Source of the DNA: Takakia lepidozioides
Lineage: Eukaryota > Plantae > Bryophyta
Length of the DNA stretch: 64,000 nt
Assembly (NCBI GenBank): GCA_030704615.1
Contig: CM060732.1
Span: 55,862,001-55,926,000 of the forward strand
Direction of reading: 5' to 3'
The notes beneath the pieces were generated by a model, which worked only from the letters and a program-made list of their open reading frames with translations, searched no databases and was not told the DNA's origin. Shown piece after piece: positions 13,623-24,908 of the stretch. How positions within the stretch are numbered: the first letter of the stretch is position 1; each line of letters opens with the position of its first letter. A program made the position numbers and the translations under genes.

Positions 13623-15533
13623 TCACCAGTAATCCCCACAAGAACAAGCCCCACCTTCAAAGTGGTGAAAGCGGTTGGCATCACGCACAACAAGTGTTCG
13701 CCCAACAATCTGTGAGATGAACTTGGTGGCGGTGTGGCAGTCACCACACACCCGAAGGTTCTTCATAACACGGATAGAGGTCCCAGGAGGGGTGTTGATG
13801 AGCCCAAAAGCAATGGCCAGCTTCTCACTGTGTTGCCAAAGTGACGATTCCTTTAGCTCTTCCTCCATTCCATTCAATACAAATGGTGTGTCAGGCATAT
13901 AACCTACCTCCTTCATATGCCCAGACAACCTTTCCAGCTCAGCATGGATTTCCTTAATTTGTGGATGCGAATTGTCTTCTGAAACAAATGTATGCACCTT
14001 GTTGTTGACTTCAATGGTGCTGAGCCCTGGCTCCTTTTTGACACCTCTGTCCTCCATCAATTTTCTCACCTTTGCTTTCTCATCCCACTTGCCAGCCGCA
14101 GCGTAGATGTTTGATAGTAGCACATAAGCTCCAGTGTGCTGTGGATCACTTTTGATAATGCTATTTGCCACGCGTTCTGCTACATCAATGTCACCATGAA
14201 TTCTGCAGGCACCAAGCAAGGCTCTCCACACCTCAGCATCTGGTTTGATTGGCATTTCTTTGATCAAGCCCTCTGCCTCATCCAGTCGCCCAGCTCGGCC
14301 AAGGAGATCCACCATGCAGCCAAAATGATCCACTGTAGGAGTGAGGCCATAATCTTGACTCATGGAATCAAAATAGTGACGGCCTTCATCCACCAGGCCC
14401 ACATGGCCACAAGCAGAGAGAAGGGATATGAAAGTGATAGCATCCGGCTTCAAGCCTTCCTGTTGCATTTGTGTGAATAATTGCAGGGCCTCCCTACCAC
14501 ACCCATGCTGAGCATACCCTCCAATCATCACACTCCATGAGACAACATTTCGATCAGCCATATTGTTGAACACTTTGTGAGCATCCTTCATACTCCCACA
14601 TTTGGCATACATATCAGCAATGGCAGTCTCCAGAATGATATCTGGTGTAATTCCAGCTTTGATCATGTCAGCATGGATCTCTTTCCCCTTTTCCAGGGCT
14701 CCTATGCTTGCACACCCATTAAGAATGCCAAGGATGGTGACCTTGTTGGGCATCACTCCCTCCCGTTGCATCTGTTCATACATTTCAAAAGCTTCCCTAA
14801 CACCCCCATGTTGAGCATATCCTGTGATCATCGCACTCCAGGAGACCACATCTCGTTTAGCCATTCTGTCAAATACTAGGCACGCATCCTTCATACTCCC
14901 ACATTTGGCATACATGTCAACTAGAGTAGTCTCCAGAATGATATCTAGGGCAATTCCAGCTTGGGTGATGTCAGCATGGACCTCTTTGCCCTTTTCCAGG
15001 GCTACTTGGCTGGCACATGCATTGAGAATGCAAATGAACGTGACCCTGTTGGGTGTCATCCTGTCTAATTGCATTTGCTTATAAAGCTCCCAAGCTTCCA
15101 TTCCACACCCGTGCTTGGCGTATCCTGTGATCATTATAGTCCAGGTAAACGTATCCCGTTCAGGCATTTTGTCGAACAATTGGCGTGCATCAACCAGGCT
15201 CCCACACTTGGCATACATGTTGACAAGGGTGTTGAGCAGGAAGATGTTTGGCTTGAATCCGCTTTGGATGATGTGGGCATGCACTTTTCTTCCCTCTGCT
15301 AGGCTTTTCATTTTGATACAATCCCGCAACAAGCACACATAAGTACTGCAGTCTGCCCGAATGCTGTGCTCATTTAAATTGTGCAGCACCCCTTTTGGTC
15401 TGCCTGTTTTACATAGCGACCACACATCCCCACAAATAACAGAACAGTTTGGTGGTGTGCTCATGGTGGAGGCAGTTCCCCTATAGCAAGTCTGATGTTC
15501 AACAAACAATTTTGCCTGATTCAGGCCTGCCAT
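13623..15533 (-). CDS. PLS-class PPR-E-DYW editing factor (copy 3, 11 PLS motifs); coordinates from the conserved internal ATG (MAGLNQAKL), true N-terminus uncertain
   Basis: Intact ORF with KEPGLSTIE, HSEKLA, CGDCH and CSCGDYW. The upstream PDF exon is out of frame with this ORF unless an extra intron (candidate 15721-15615) is used. Confidence 0.88.
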   Translation of the reverse strand: MAGLNQAKLFVEHQTCYRGTASTMSTPPNCSVICGDVWSLCKTGRPKGVLHNLNEHSIRADCSTYVCLLRDCIKMKSLAEGRKVHAHIIQSGFKPNIFLLNTLVNMYAKCGSLVDARQLFDKMPERDTFTWTIMITGYAKHGCGMEAWELYKQMQLDRMTPNRVTFICILNACASQVALEKGKEVHADITQAGIALDIILETTLVDMYAKCGSMKDACLVFDRMAKRDVVSWSAMITGYAQHGGVREAFEMYEQMQREGVMPNKVTILGILNGCASIGALEKGKEIHADMIKAGITPDIILETAIADMYAKCGSMKDAHKVFNNMADRNVVSWSVMIGGYAQHGCGREALQLFTQMQQEGLKPDAITFISLLSACGHVGLVDEGRHYFDSMSQDYGLTPTVDHFGCMVDLLGRAGRLDEAEGLIKEMPIKPDAEVWRALLGACRIHGDIDVAERVANSIIKSDPQHTGAYVLLSNIYAAAGKWDEKAKVRKLMEDRGVKKEPGLSTIEVNNKVHTFVSEDNSHPQIKEIHAELERLSGHMKEVGYMPDTPFVLNGMEEELKESSLWQHSEKLAIAFGLINTPPGTSIRVMKNLRVCGDCHTATKFISQIVGRTLVVRDANRFHHFEGGACSCGDYW

Positions 15534-15721
15534 CCTGCATGACTCCAAATTCTTAGCTACAAACCTTCCCCCACAAATTTTCAAAGAAATCTCTACATGA
15601 CAAAAGGCTTCTTGCTATCTATTTAACAGGGGTACAAACCACCAGTGTCATCTAGAACGCACAAGTTAGAAGTCTTAAAACAACACCCATTGCATTGTTG
15701 ACATGGAACAGCATGCTTTAC

Positions 15722-16396
15722 GTTGACATTGGATCCAATATCAGGTTGTGCTTGCCCTTGTATGATGGCAACCAGCTCGGCTTTCACCCAGGGAGGGCTT
15801 GACCAATTGTCGATCCAAAGGGCCTCCTTTGTGAGCTTATCTGGTGATCTTGGACTTCTCTGTGGAAGAAAACACTAGTGACCAGCTGAGCAGCAATAAG
15901 TTTGAGTTTAACCATAGCCTAGTATACCAGGCTACGACCACTAAAGCTCCACGAGAATAACATCAATCAAGAGGCCACAGAACTAAATTGAATGATAGGG
16001 TCGTTTTCAAAGAACCAAAAGCACTAAAATCATGGTGCATCATGCCAGCTTCAATCAGAAAACAACCACTGTCCTGTTATCATAGTAATTGAAATGATTG
16101 GGTAGCAGCAGAGATAGCCTCACCTTATCAGCCCAGTTGTCCCACCACTGTGAAGCATCTGACATGAATTCTTGCCAAAGCTGTTCTATACTTTTTGCCT
16201 TGACTGCAAGTGAACGCGGGTGGTAAGGAACTCCTGGTCGTTCCAGTCTTATAAAGAAATGATCATCTGGGCTTTTCCATAAAAGTCTCTCTCTCTTCTT
16301 TCCAGACACAGTTCGCTGACAGTGTAAAGTACATGGCCGAATTGGGGGACACAGCGGCAATTCTGGAGTAAACGTGGTGTATTCTAGGATGGCCAT
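15722..16396 (-). other. Intron-split OSB-type PDF motif upstream of PPR copy 3 (exon end 16124; next exon start 15859)
   Basis: EQLWQEFMSDASQWWDNWADK|gtgagg ... ttttcttccacag|RSPRSPDKLTKEALWIDNWSSPPWVKAEL. A transit-peptide-like segment MTACSTALLSAQ...VELKWAS at 17073-16862 is homologous to copy 2 MAACSGFLSAQ...VELKWVS. Confidence 0.8.
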
Positions 16397-17543
16397 ACCA
16401 GCCCTTACGTGAACTCACAATTCTCTGTTGCAAGATTGTCGTTAGTTGTGTGTGGAGACCCCACAACTTGCTCTGGGAGGGTTGATATCCTTCTGAGACC
16501 GTGCCCTCAGGAGTCTGATCACAGCCAACGGCCTGTAAGCCCTCAATTGCCAACGACTACATCTCTACCGTTTACACACCCTAATAAGTGTACTGCAACG
16601 CGTGCTCCGCGCTGCTCCACCATGGACCACAGCAGTGTGCATAAGTACCTCTTCATCTCCTTTTCTCATACAACGCATGGAAAGACGAGAACCATACCAA
16701 AAGTTTCTACAGTACTTCAGGAGAAAACGGAGTTGATGGAAGAACAACAGTGAATCCAGTACACCCACGTTCCTCTACAGTCCTTGCCTGGGTGGACTTC
16801 TCTGCAAAATGGGATGATTCCTGCATACATTTTACAAACGCCAACCGAAGAAAACACTTACATGGCTATACCTCTCTTGGGCTGCCCTGGAGGAATCATG
16901 GCCATCATTTGCGATGGTATCCGGCCAAGCCTTGCAAAACCGGATGCCCATTTCAGCTCCACACATCTGCTACATGATGAGAAGCCTCCGTCCTCTTCAC
17001 CGCAATTAGACGACCCGACGATGGGTATGGCCTCTCCCTGCGCGCTCAACAAGGCGGTAGAGCAGGCTGTCATCGCAAGCCAATAAAACACATACGGGAG
17101 TCAACAATCCTCACAATGGAAGCCCTTCAATGCCAACCTCACTTCCTAATCGGCAATACAGTGGTGAGTAGAATTTGGTTGATAACGTAACAGTTTGTGT
17201 TTGGAGAAACAGCATGTGATACTCAGTCGTTTCTAAACAGAGCTGCAGTTTGACATCTCCTTCCATGGGTGACACGAAGGCCCCACCAAGCTCGGTGGTC
17301 ATGCATCTCCACAATCGCCCACTTGGCAACGAAAGTGTTTGTATATAGCATCCAAAACATATCAGCCGTTTGACCACAAGCTTCCAGGCGAATTGTGCTA
17401 CGGATTCTATTAGAATAGCACTGGACCTGAGGCGGTAGGAGAAAATAGGCTTACTTCAATGTTCTCATCCCCACTTTCGCAGTATCCGCCCTGAAGTCAT
17501 TCTTGGCAAAAGCTGGCTGTGTGGCTCTGGAGAAGCAGCTTCC

Positions 17544-18071
17544 ATGGATAGTAACGTTGGGGCAGTTGCATTAGTTGCTCTAGGCTCATGGCTGCTGGCG
17601 AAGCTGGGCTACTCTTTGATCGCTGCCCCCAAGGCAGCCAGACACACTTTCTATGTGCATGAGATTCGAGTGCCGCCAGTGCCCACATTGATTGCAGCAG
17701 CGGGACCAGGAGCTAATGATCTGACCCAGATCGGCTTCGGAAGTTTTCTCGTTTTTGACAACGAGATTAGAGAGGGCCCAGGTCGCGACAGCTTGCTCTT
17801 AGGGAGAGAAAGGGGGTTTGGTCCGATAAGTGATTTGCAGGGTAAAGAAGGAATTCAGGTCACAAGCACCATGTTCTTCAATGCAGACTCAGGGCACAAC
17901 GGAACCGTCACTTTTCATGGTAATCTGGGGGGCACTGACCCCAGGAGCGAGCTCCTGGTTGTCGGGGGTACTGGTGACTTTCGAGGGGTGCGAGGATATG
18001 CGTTAGTTGAAACTATCAGGGCGAATCCACTTGATTTTGTTTTTCGCTGGACTCTCTACTTGTCGTCCTAA
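17544..18071 (+). CDS. DIR: Dirigent-like protein, single exon
   Basis: Hydrophobic N-terminus. Motifs TFYVHE, FGSFLVFDNEIREGP, LLGRERG and VVGGTGDFRGVRGYA match the dirigent family. Confidence 0.9.
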   Translation: MDSNVGAVALVALGSWLLAKLGYSLIAAPKAARHTFYVHEIRVPPVPTLIAAAGPGANDLTQIGFGSFLVFDNEIREGPGRDSLLLGRERGFGPISDLQGKEGIQVTSTMFFNADSGHNGTVTFHGNLGGTDPRSELLVVGGTGDFRGVRGYALVETIRANPLDFVFRWTLYLSS

Positions 18072-19939
18072 TAAATTGGACTTGCTTTTTGAGTTCTTGC
18101 GAGTCAGTTTTCATCTCTACCCATTCTACCGTGTAATTTGTGTCATGTGGAGGACATCGTTGTCTCATGGTCTCATGGTCCCTGGCAATGCTTAGATTGG
18201 TCAAGTTGTAGATTTTGCAGAAGCGCATCTCCTCTCTTAAGCAGATCTTCTTTGAGCATGTGCGATCTATTCCGGTGAACTGAACCCATATCGTGATGAT
18301 ATTGGCTGGATCTGCTCAAGTCTTTCTGACATCCAGCCCTCGGTAATCTGTCGAGCAGACCACGTGAATAGTACTTTACAAAGAGAACTGCATCACTAGG
18401 CTCTCACACACCATGACCATATAGATCTTTCTAGGCTACATGCGGCAGTGGGTCAAAAGTAACACACTATCAACAAGAGCTCGTCTTATCTGCAGATTTT
18501 GATGAGAATATGTTGAACCGTTGCAGGATTTCATCAAGTGGATTCAGTTATGTCATACCCTGGTCCCAGCTCCTCTTTCTCCTGAAGTTCTCAGCTGAAG
18601 AGCAGGCCCCATAGGTCGCTCTTCCCTCGATGCTGTGGTCCATAAAACAGCCAAAACCTGAATACCACTATCCAGCTGCTCAACCCAACGGTTCAATCAT
18701 CATGCTTAACACATTGACCTCAAGAAGAAATCCTTCTCTTCCTTCAACATGGAAAGGATTCTCTCTCTGGATGTCACCGATCCTCCTCACAGATTCATAT
18801 ACCAGTCAATGTTCTTCAGCACTAACTCGTACCACTAAATTAACAAGTGATTTGGCAGTCACTGACTCAAAAAAATCAGGTTACTGAGAAAAGCGCTAGA
18901 GAGTTGGCACTTGTAGACTCGGGTGTAGACTTATGAGGAGAGACAAGTCCATTGGGCTCTCAAGAGTTGCTTGTTTGTCTCTTTCTGTCTGACACCCTTG
19001 TCGTGCTCCTTGTTGCCGAATGGATGAGTGGGATTTGTTTTCCTTTGTCTCTGAAGTAAAGGCATAACTGCTCTGGCACGTTGTGCCTTGTTGCTGTTGG
19101 AGGTGATTCGGCATATACTATGAGCTCGAGAAACTAGGGTTTTTCTGTTTTTGGTTCTATGAGTTAAATGTTTCTTCCTCACACAGACACTCAAATATCA
19201 ATTCTAAAACTCATTTGAGCTCATATTTACTAGTACTTGCAAAGATCTCATGAACTTGCAGAATAAGCTGAAATGCAGGAAGATGATGAATCTGGGGTGT
19301 CTGTCGTTCTCCATATCTCTATATTCCACAAAAGTTGGAGCTGGTCAAGTAATGTAAGGTCATCTACTTGCATGATGATAAGTCTCCCCAAGCATCCATC
19401 AATTCTCATCTCTGTCAGTGAGAAGCTTCACCCAAACAGCTCAGAGAAAGGACAAATGTGCTAACCGGATGATCGATCTGATTGTCTAAATGTCATTGGC
19501 CCGTCTGATCGTTTGATTGTGTCATTGGCCCCTCCAATGGAAGACCAAGTCACCTGAAGCCATTCTGTTCGATATGAAAGGGGCCCTGTCCAAACCTTGG
19601 TCTTCAAAGTCACCGAGTTTCTCTGTGAGAGTGGCCGAAAGCAATTGTTGGCTGGTAAGCTCACTATACATTTGATCATGCAAGTGTAAGTCCCATGGAC
19701 TTCAAAACCATCTATGAATGCAGTCTCAAACAACCTAACCTGCTGACATCCATACAGGTGAATGATTTGTTTTAGGCGTGGTGAGTTGCTCTGGGAGTGG
19801 TCTATTCTATGGACACTTTTGTTGAGGTGTAGGTCCTGTGATATAGATCCATGTATCTTACAATTGAAGGTTTGCAATCACGTTCGGGAGAATGGAGTTT
19901 GACGTGCCCGAATGATCGGTATAGGTACTATCTCCACAG

Positions 19940-22554
19940 GTTGCACTCTGGTTCCTTTCAGACACACATGTCCTCCATGTTTTAGTCCTGCCAGCAGCAG
20001 CATAGGTGTTCAGTGCAGCACATGAGCTGAACCATGTTGTGGATATCTGAGGAGGCATTTTGCCACACGTTCCCCTCTCTCCACATCACCGTGAATTCGG
20101 CAAGCACCAAGCAAGGCACCCCACAATGAAGCATCTGGTTCAATTGGCATATTGTTAATGACGTCCTCTGCCTCATCCAATCGCCCAGCACGGGCAAAAA
20201 GATCCACCATGCAGCCAAAATGCTCCACTGTAGATGTGAGGCCATGATCTCGACTCATGGAATCGAAGTAGTGACAGCCTTCATCCACTAGGCCTACATG
20301 GCTACATGCAGAGAGAAGACATATAAAGGTGATACCATCCGGCTTCGAGCCATTCGGTTGCATTTGTTCAAATAGTTCCAAGGCCTCCCTACCACAGCCA
20401 TGCTGAGCATAACCTGCAATCATCATGTTCCATGAGACCACATTTCGTAGCGCCATATTGTCAAACACTTGGCGTGCATCCTGTATCCTCCCACATTTGG
20501 CATACATGTCAGCAAGAGCAGTCTCCAAAACGACATCAGGTGCAATTCCAGCTTTGATGATGTCCGCGTGGACCTCCTTGCCCATTTCCAGGGCTGCCAG
20601 GCTGGCACACGCGTTGAGGACGCAAATGAACGTCACCCTGTCGGGCCTCCATCCTTCCTGCTGCATGTGCCCGTACATCATCAAAGCCTCCTTACCACAT
20701 GCATGTCGGGCATACCCTGCAATAATTGCACTCCAGGAGACCACATTTCGTTTAGCCATATTGTTGAACACTTGCTGCGCATCGTCCATGCTTCCACATT
20801 TGGCATACATGTCGACGAGGGAAGTCTCGAGAATGATATGTGGTGCAATTGCAGCTTGGATGATGTCAGCATGGACTTTTTTGCCCCTTTCCAGAGCTCC
20901 CATTCTTCCACACACATCAAGAACACAAATGAACGTGACCTCATCAGGCATCACCCCTTCCTGTTGCATTTGCTCATAAATCTCCAAAGCCTCCCTACTG
21001 CCCCCTTGCTTAGCAAACCCGGTGATCATGGCACTCCATGTGAACACATTCCGTTCGGGCATATCATCAAACATTTGATGCGCACTGTTCATGCGTCCGC
21101 ATTTGGCATACATGTCAACAAGGGCAGTGTCCAAGATAATATCTGGCACAATTCCAACTTTCATGATGTCAGCATGGACCATTTTGCCCCTTTCCAGATC
21201 TCCTATGCTGGCACATGCGTTAAGAATGCAAACGAATGCAACCCGATCAGGTCTCACCCCTTCCTTTATCATTTGCTCATAGATCTCGAAAGCATCCCTA
21301 TCACAACCATGCTGCACATATCCTGTGATCAGGGCGCTCCATGAGACTGCATTTCGTTGGGCCATGTTATCAAACACCTGACGTGCATCCTGTACACTCC
21401 CACATTTAGCATACATGTCAGCAAGGGCAGTTTCCAGAATGATGTCAGTTGGAATTCCAGCTTTGACGATATCACCATGGACCTCTTTGGCCTTTTCCAA
21501 GGCTCCTAGGCTGGCACACGCCTTGACAACGCAAATAAATGTCACTCTGTTTGGCATCACCCCTTCCCGTATCATTTGCTTGTAAATCTCGAAAGCCTCC
21601 CTACCACACCCATGCTGAGCATATCCTGCCACCATTATAGTCCACGCAAACACGTCCCGTTCAGGCATTTCATCAAACAATTGGCGTGCATCTGTCAGGC
21701 TCCCACACTTGGCATACATGTTGATAAGGTTATTGAGTAAAAAGATGCGTGGCTCTAAATCACTATGGATAATGTTGGCGTGCACCTGCTTTCCCATCTG
21801 TAGGTCTTTCATTTTGATGCACTCCTGCAAGAGATGGACATAAGCATTGGAATCTTCCGAAATCTCTCGTTGGTCGAAAATGTCTTTACGCTGTCCTGCC
21901 CCATGTACTCTCCTGACATCCGCGTGGGTGCCCGAAAATGTCTTTATGACTCCTTTTCGTCCTCTTTCGAAAACAGTGGTCATGGTGGATGTCCCTAATT
22001 GAAGCAACTGTGACTGAATCAACTCTGCCATCCCGTACATCTCAAAACCCTTGGTTACAAACCTCTACCCTCAAAGTCACATAATATATCTCAAAGATCT
22101 CATTAATTCAAACAAATGTCTCTCCTCGAAGACAGGTTTCCGGCTACTTCTAACAGGGTTCAAGACTACTGCAGTCCACCCCTTAGAGTACATCGTACCA
22201 ATTCTATCTAGTGGAGTTGGATTCTTCAATCAATACCCGTTCTACGCTCAGCCTGAAGCTCCATAGTGTCCGCATTCACAATAGAATCATCACCAGATTG
22301 TGCTCGGTCTTGTATCATGGCAGACAGGTCTGCTTTTACCCAGGGAGAGTTCGACCAGACCTGGAAGAAACAAGAGAGAGGAAGGGATTGAGTGATTCTG
22401 GTGCCAAATTTGCTTGGCCCAATTCCTCTGCTGATTTCTTCATTTCCTCCATGCATGCAAGCGCCTCCTGCGCATGTGGATCCGTAAGAAACCCCGGCAC
22501 GATCACAGACTTGGAATCATGTTGAGCAACTACACACGTGTACTCAGTGCACAT
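19940..22554 (-). pseudogene. PPR copy 4: 17 PLS motifs (ORF 20010..22040), frameshifted E domain, no DYW; PDF remnants at 22226-22554
   Basis: After ...PQHGSAHVL the E-domain remnants NTYAAAGR and MEDMCV*KEPEC lie in shifted frames and no DYW follows. Upstream remnants are KSAEELGQA and WSNSPWVKADLSAMIQDRAQSG. Confidence 0.75.
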
Positions 22555-22585
22555 TTCTACAATTCGAATATGGCGATCCTTTTCC

Positions 22586-24060
22586 TTTTTTTTTTTTAAA
22601 TAGAATGGGGATGGAGGCCTGGCAGTTGATCAAAATTAAATAAGGACAGGGAAAAGATAACCCTGTGAAGGCCATGAAGGCAAACAAAGGGGATACTACC
22701 CCGTAACAAAGGTCCTCCTTTTCTGTTATGCATAATAAAATTCCTAGACCGCCACTTTTCTCCTTCATATATGGTTGTCGCCAGGAGACTAAAGCCTTTT
22801 GTTCTGTCCCACTACATGGACCCCCATATGAAGTTCCTAATGAGCTGACCAATTTGCTGGTAAAGCGATTTGCCCGGGTCCCAGACTGAGGAAATAAACC
22901 GAGTTGAGGAAAGCAACATCTGATTTCCTATGAGCACTCTCCCAGCTACTGTAAGGCGAGTTGAGCACCAATAATTCAGCTTGGCCTTGAGTTTAGTGAT
23001 TACAGGCAAAATGCGTTGCTGAATAGTGAGCCCTGTTCCGAACTGGTGCCCCAGAAGGTTGTGAGCTTCACCTTCTCGAAGCCGATGGATCCCAAGGTCC
23101 AGACCCCACGGTCAGTTGTGGGGGGCTGATCCTAAGCCCAATCTCAAAAGTAAACCCACTGTCTTTGACGAATTGACCGCAAATCCAGCAAAAATCCCCA
23201 AGGCATTGCAAGGCAGCCCTAATAGGTGCCAGAGATTAGTTTTGAAGAAAGAGGACGGTATCATCCGCATACATGGAGTTTTAGATGAGCAGCAGGATTA
23301 AGGTCAATTTCACACACCAAAGGCAAGAGTCCAGATAATGTCCCAGGCTGTCCGCAGCTATTACAAACACGAAAGGAGACAGAAGGCAACCTTGTCTAAC
23401 TGATCTCATGAGAGGGGAAGTCTCAGAGAGAACCCCATTAGTGACAACTCGGCTGGAAGCAGAGGTCAGTATTATCTTGACCCATGAAATGAATGACGTC
23501 CCAAACCCCACTTTCTCTAATACTTGAAAGAGGAAAGACCACTAAATCATATCAAAGGCCTTCTTGAAATCTAACATTAGAATTGCCAATGGGTGGAGGG
23601 AGGCTCTGCCATCTAAGAGTCTCATTAACCAACACCAAGTTGTCTAGGATCATTCGCCCTTTAATAAAACCCGTTTGCTCGGGTTTAATAAGGTATGGGA
23701 GTATACCTTGAATACGTAGAGCCAAAGCCTTGGCAATTATTTTATAAGCGGAGTTGAGGAGAGTTATTGGCCGGTAGTTGGAGAGGCATTTTCTGTTCCC
23801 TCTTTTGTAAATCAAAGTGATGACCCCTGCTGATGGCTGAGATGGCATGATACCTTTAGATATTATTGGCCATCAGACAAGAATTGTCACTTACTATTTC
23901 CCAAATGACACTATAAAACTCAATTGGAAGTCCATATGGGCCTGGGGCTTTATCCTTACCCAATTGCTCAAGTGCCTGAGTGAATTCCGATTGAGACAGC
24001 TGCTCATTTAAGAAGAGACCATTTTATTCCCGCATGAATGCACAAAGATTCAACCTTGGC
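22586..24060 (-). mobile_element. Decayed L1/Tx1-type LINE (reverse transcriptase remnant)
   Basis: GKDKAPGPYGLPIEF, NYRPITLLNSAYKIIAKALA, EQTGFIKGRMILDN, VRQGCLLSP, SMYADDTVL, LTVAGRVLIGN and GGLGI occur across several frames. A12 run on the minus strand at 22586-22597. Confidence 0.9.
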
Positions 24061-24290
24061 ATTGAGCAGGTTCTCAAATTGTTCTGTGGGGTCCACAAGT
24101 CCCCCTTCCAACCTCTGTTGACACACTAATATGCACTTAGTGAGAGCGGCTTCTTTTTGCCTTCGCATGGTGGCCGAATCCCCGGAAAGCGACCGTCAAG
24201 ACTTTCCACAAGCTGCTAACTTCTGCAGAAAACGAAGTGCGGGAGAGAGAGTATCCTGAGCAGACGCAGACCAGATCGATTTTAATACCG

Positions 24291-24908
24291 CTAGACATTG
24301 CCGGTTATGCAGCAATGAGCTGTTATCTTGAAGTAGAATCTCCCTCTAATTCTGCGGCCAGGAGTGCTAACTGCTAGTCTAACCAATGCATGAGCAGAAT
24401 AGGATCGATAGGTTGAGGGGTGGTCCATCCAGTGACCGTGGCTGGAAGGGAGAAATATAAACTTAGAACGCTTGTCATGTGGGTGTAAAACAGAATTCCA
24501 CGAATAGGTGTCATGACAGTCCCAGCGGGCATGTGGGAGCTGTACAAAGCCGACCCATAAAGAACCACGTTTCCCCCGAGAACCCACCCTTTCGAGGAAT
24601 TGCTTTCTAGAGCGCTTTTGCATGCTGCACATGCCAAAGTTAGCTAAGGGGCCCAAGAAAGACCGAGAGCCTGAGAATCGAGACAAACTGTTGCCCCTTG
24701 CGAACAGAGAGAGGGCTGGCAGAACACGCTCAGCTTCAGTCGACTTAGACAGCAGGACATAACATCTCTTTGAGTTTAGTGGGTCCATAAAGTAAAGGAA
24801 GAGAGGGGCAAGAGTGGGGCAGGGAGAGTAAGCAAAGCTTACCATAGTAGCCGATGGTGAGACCAGATTCACTGGGGTCTCAGCCAAAGCGAGAGCATGA
24901 GCATTCAT
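24291..24908 (-). other. Candidate displaced first (transit peptide) exon of PPR copy 4
   Basis: Ser/Arg-rich ORF starting MNAHALALAETPV, resembling copy 1 MAAHTLSVAPVE. It is on the same strand and separated from the PDF remnant by the LINE. Similarity is weak. Confidence 0.3.

Noticed and set aside
4125-15584. U-to-C (KP-type) DYW variants
   Set aside because: The domains have the canonical PG box, HSEKLA, CxDCH and DYW end, i.e. the ordinary C-to-U type.
18880-19900. Possible retroelement remnant replacing the DYW of copy 4
   Set aside because: Only a faint GP-motif-like peptide (KVWTGP); boundaries cannot be supported.
4083-21344. Long plus-strand ORFs overlapping the PPR genes (e.g. 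5743..6252, 20469..21344)
   Set aside because: Antisense shadows of repetitive PPR codons with no independent protein features.
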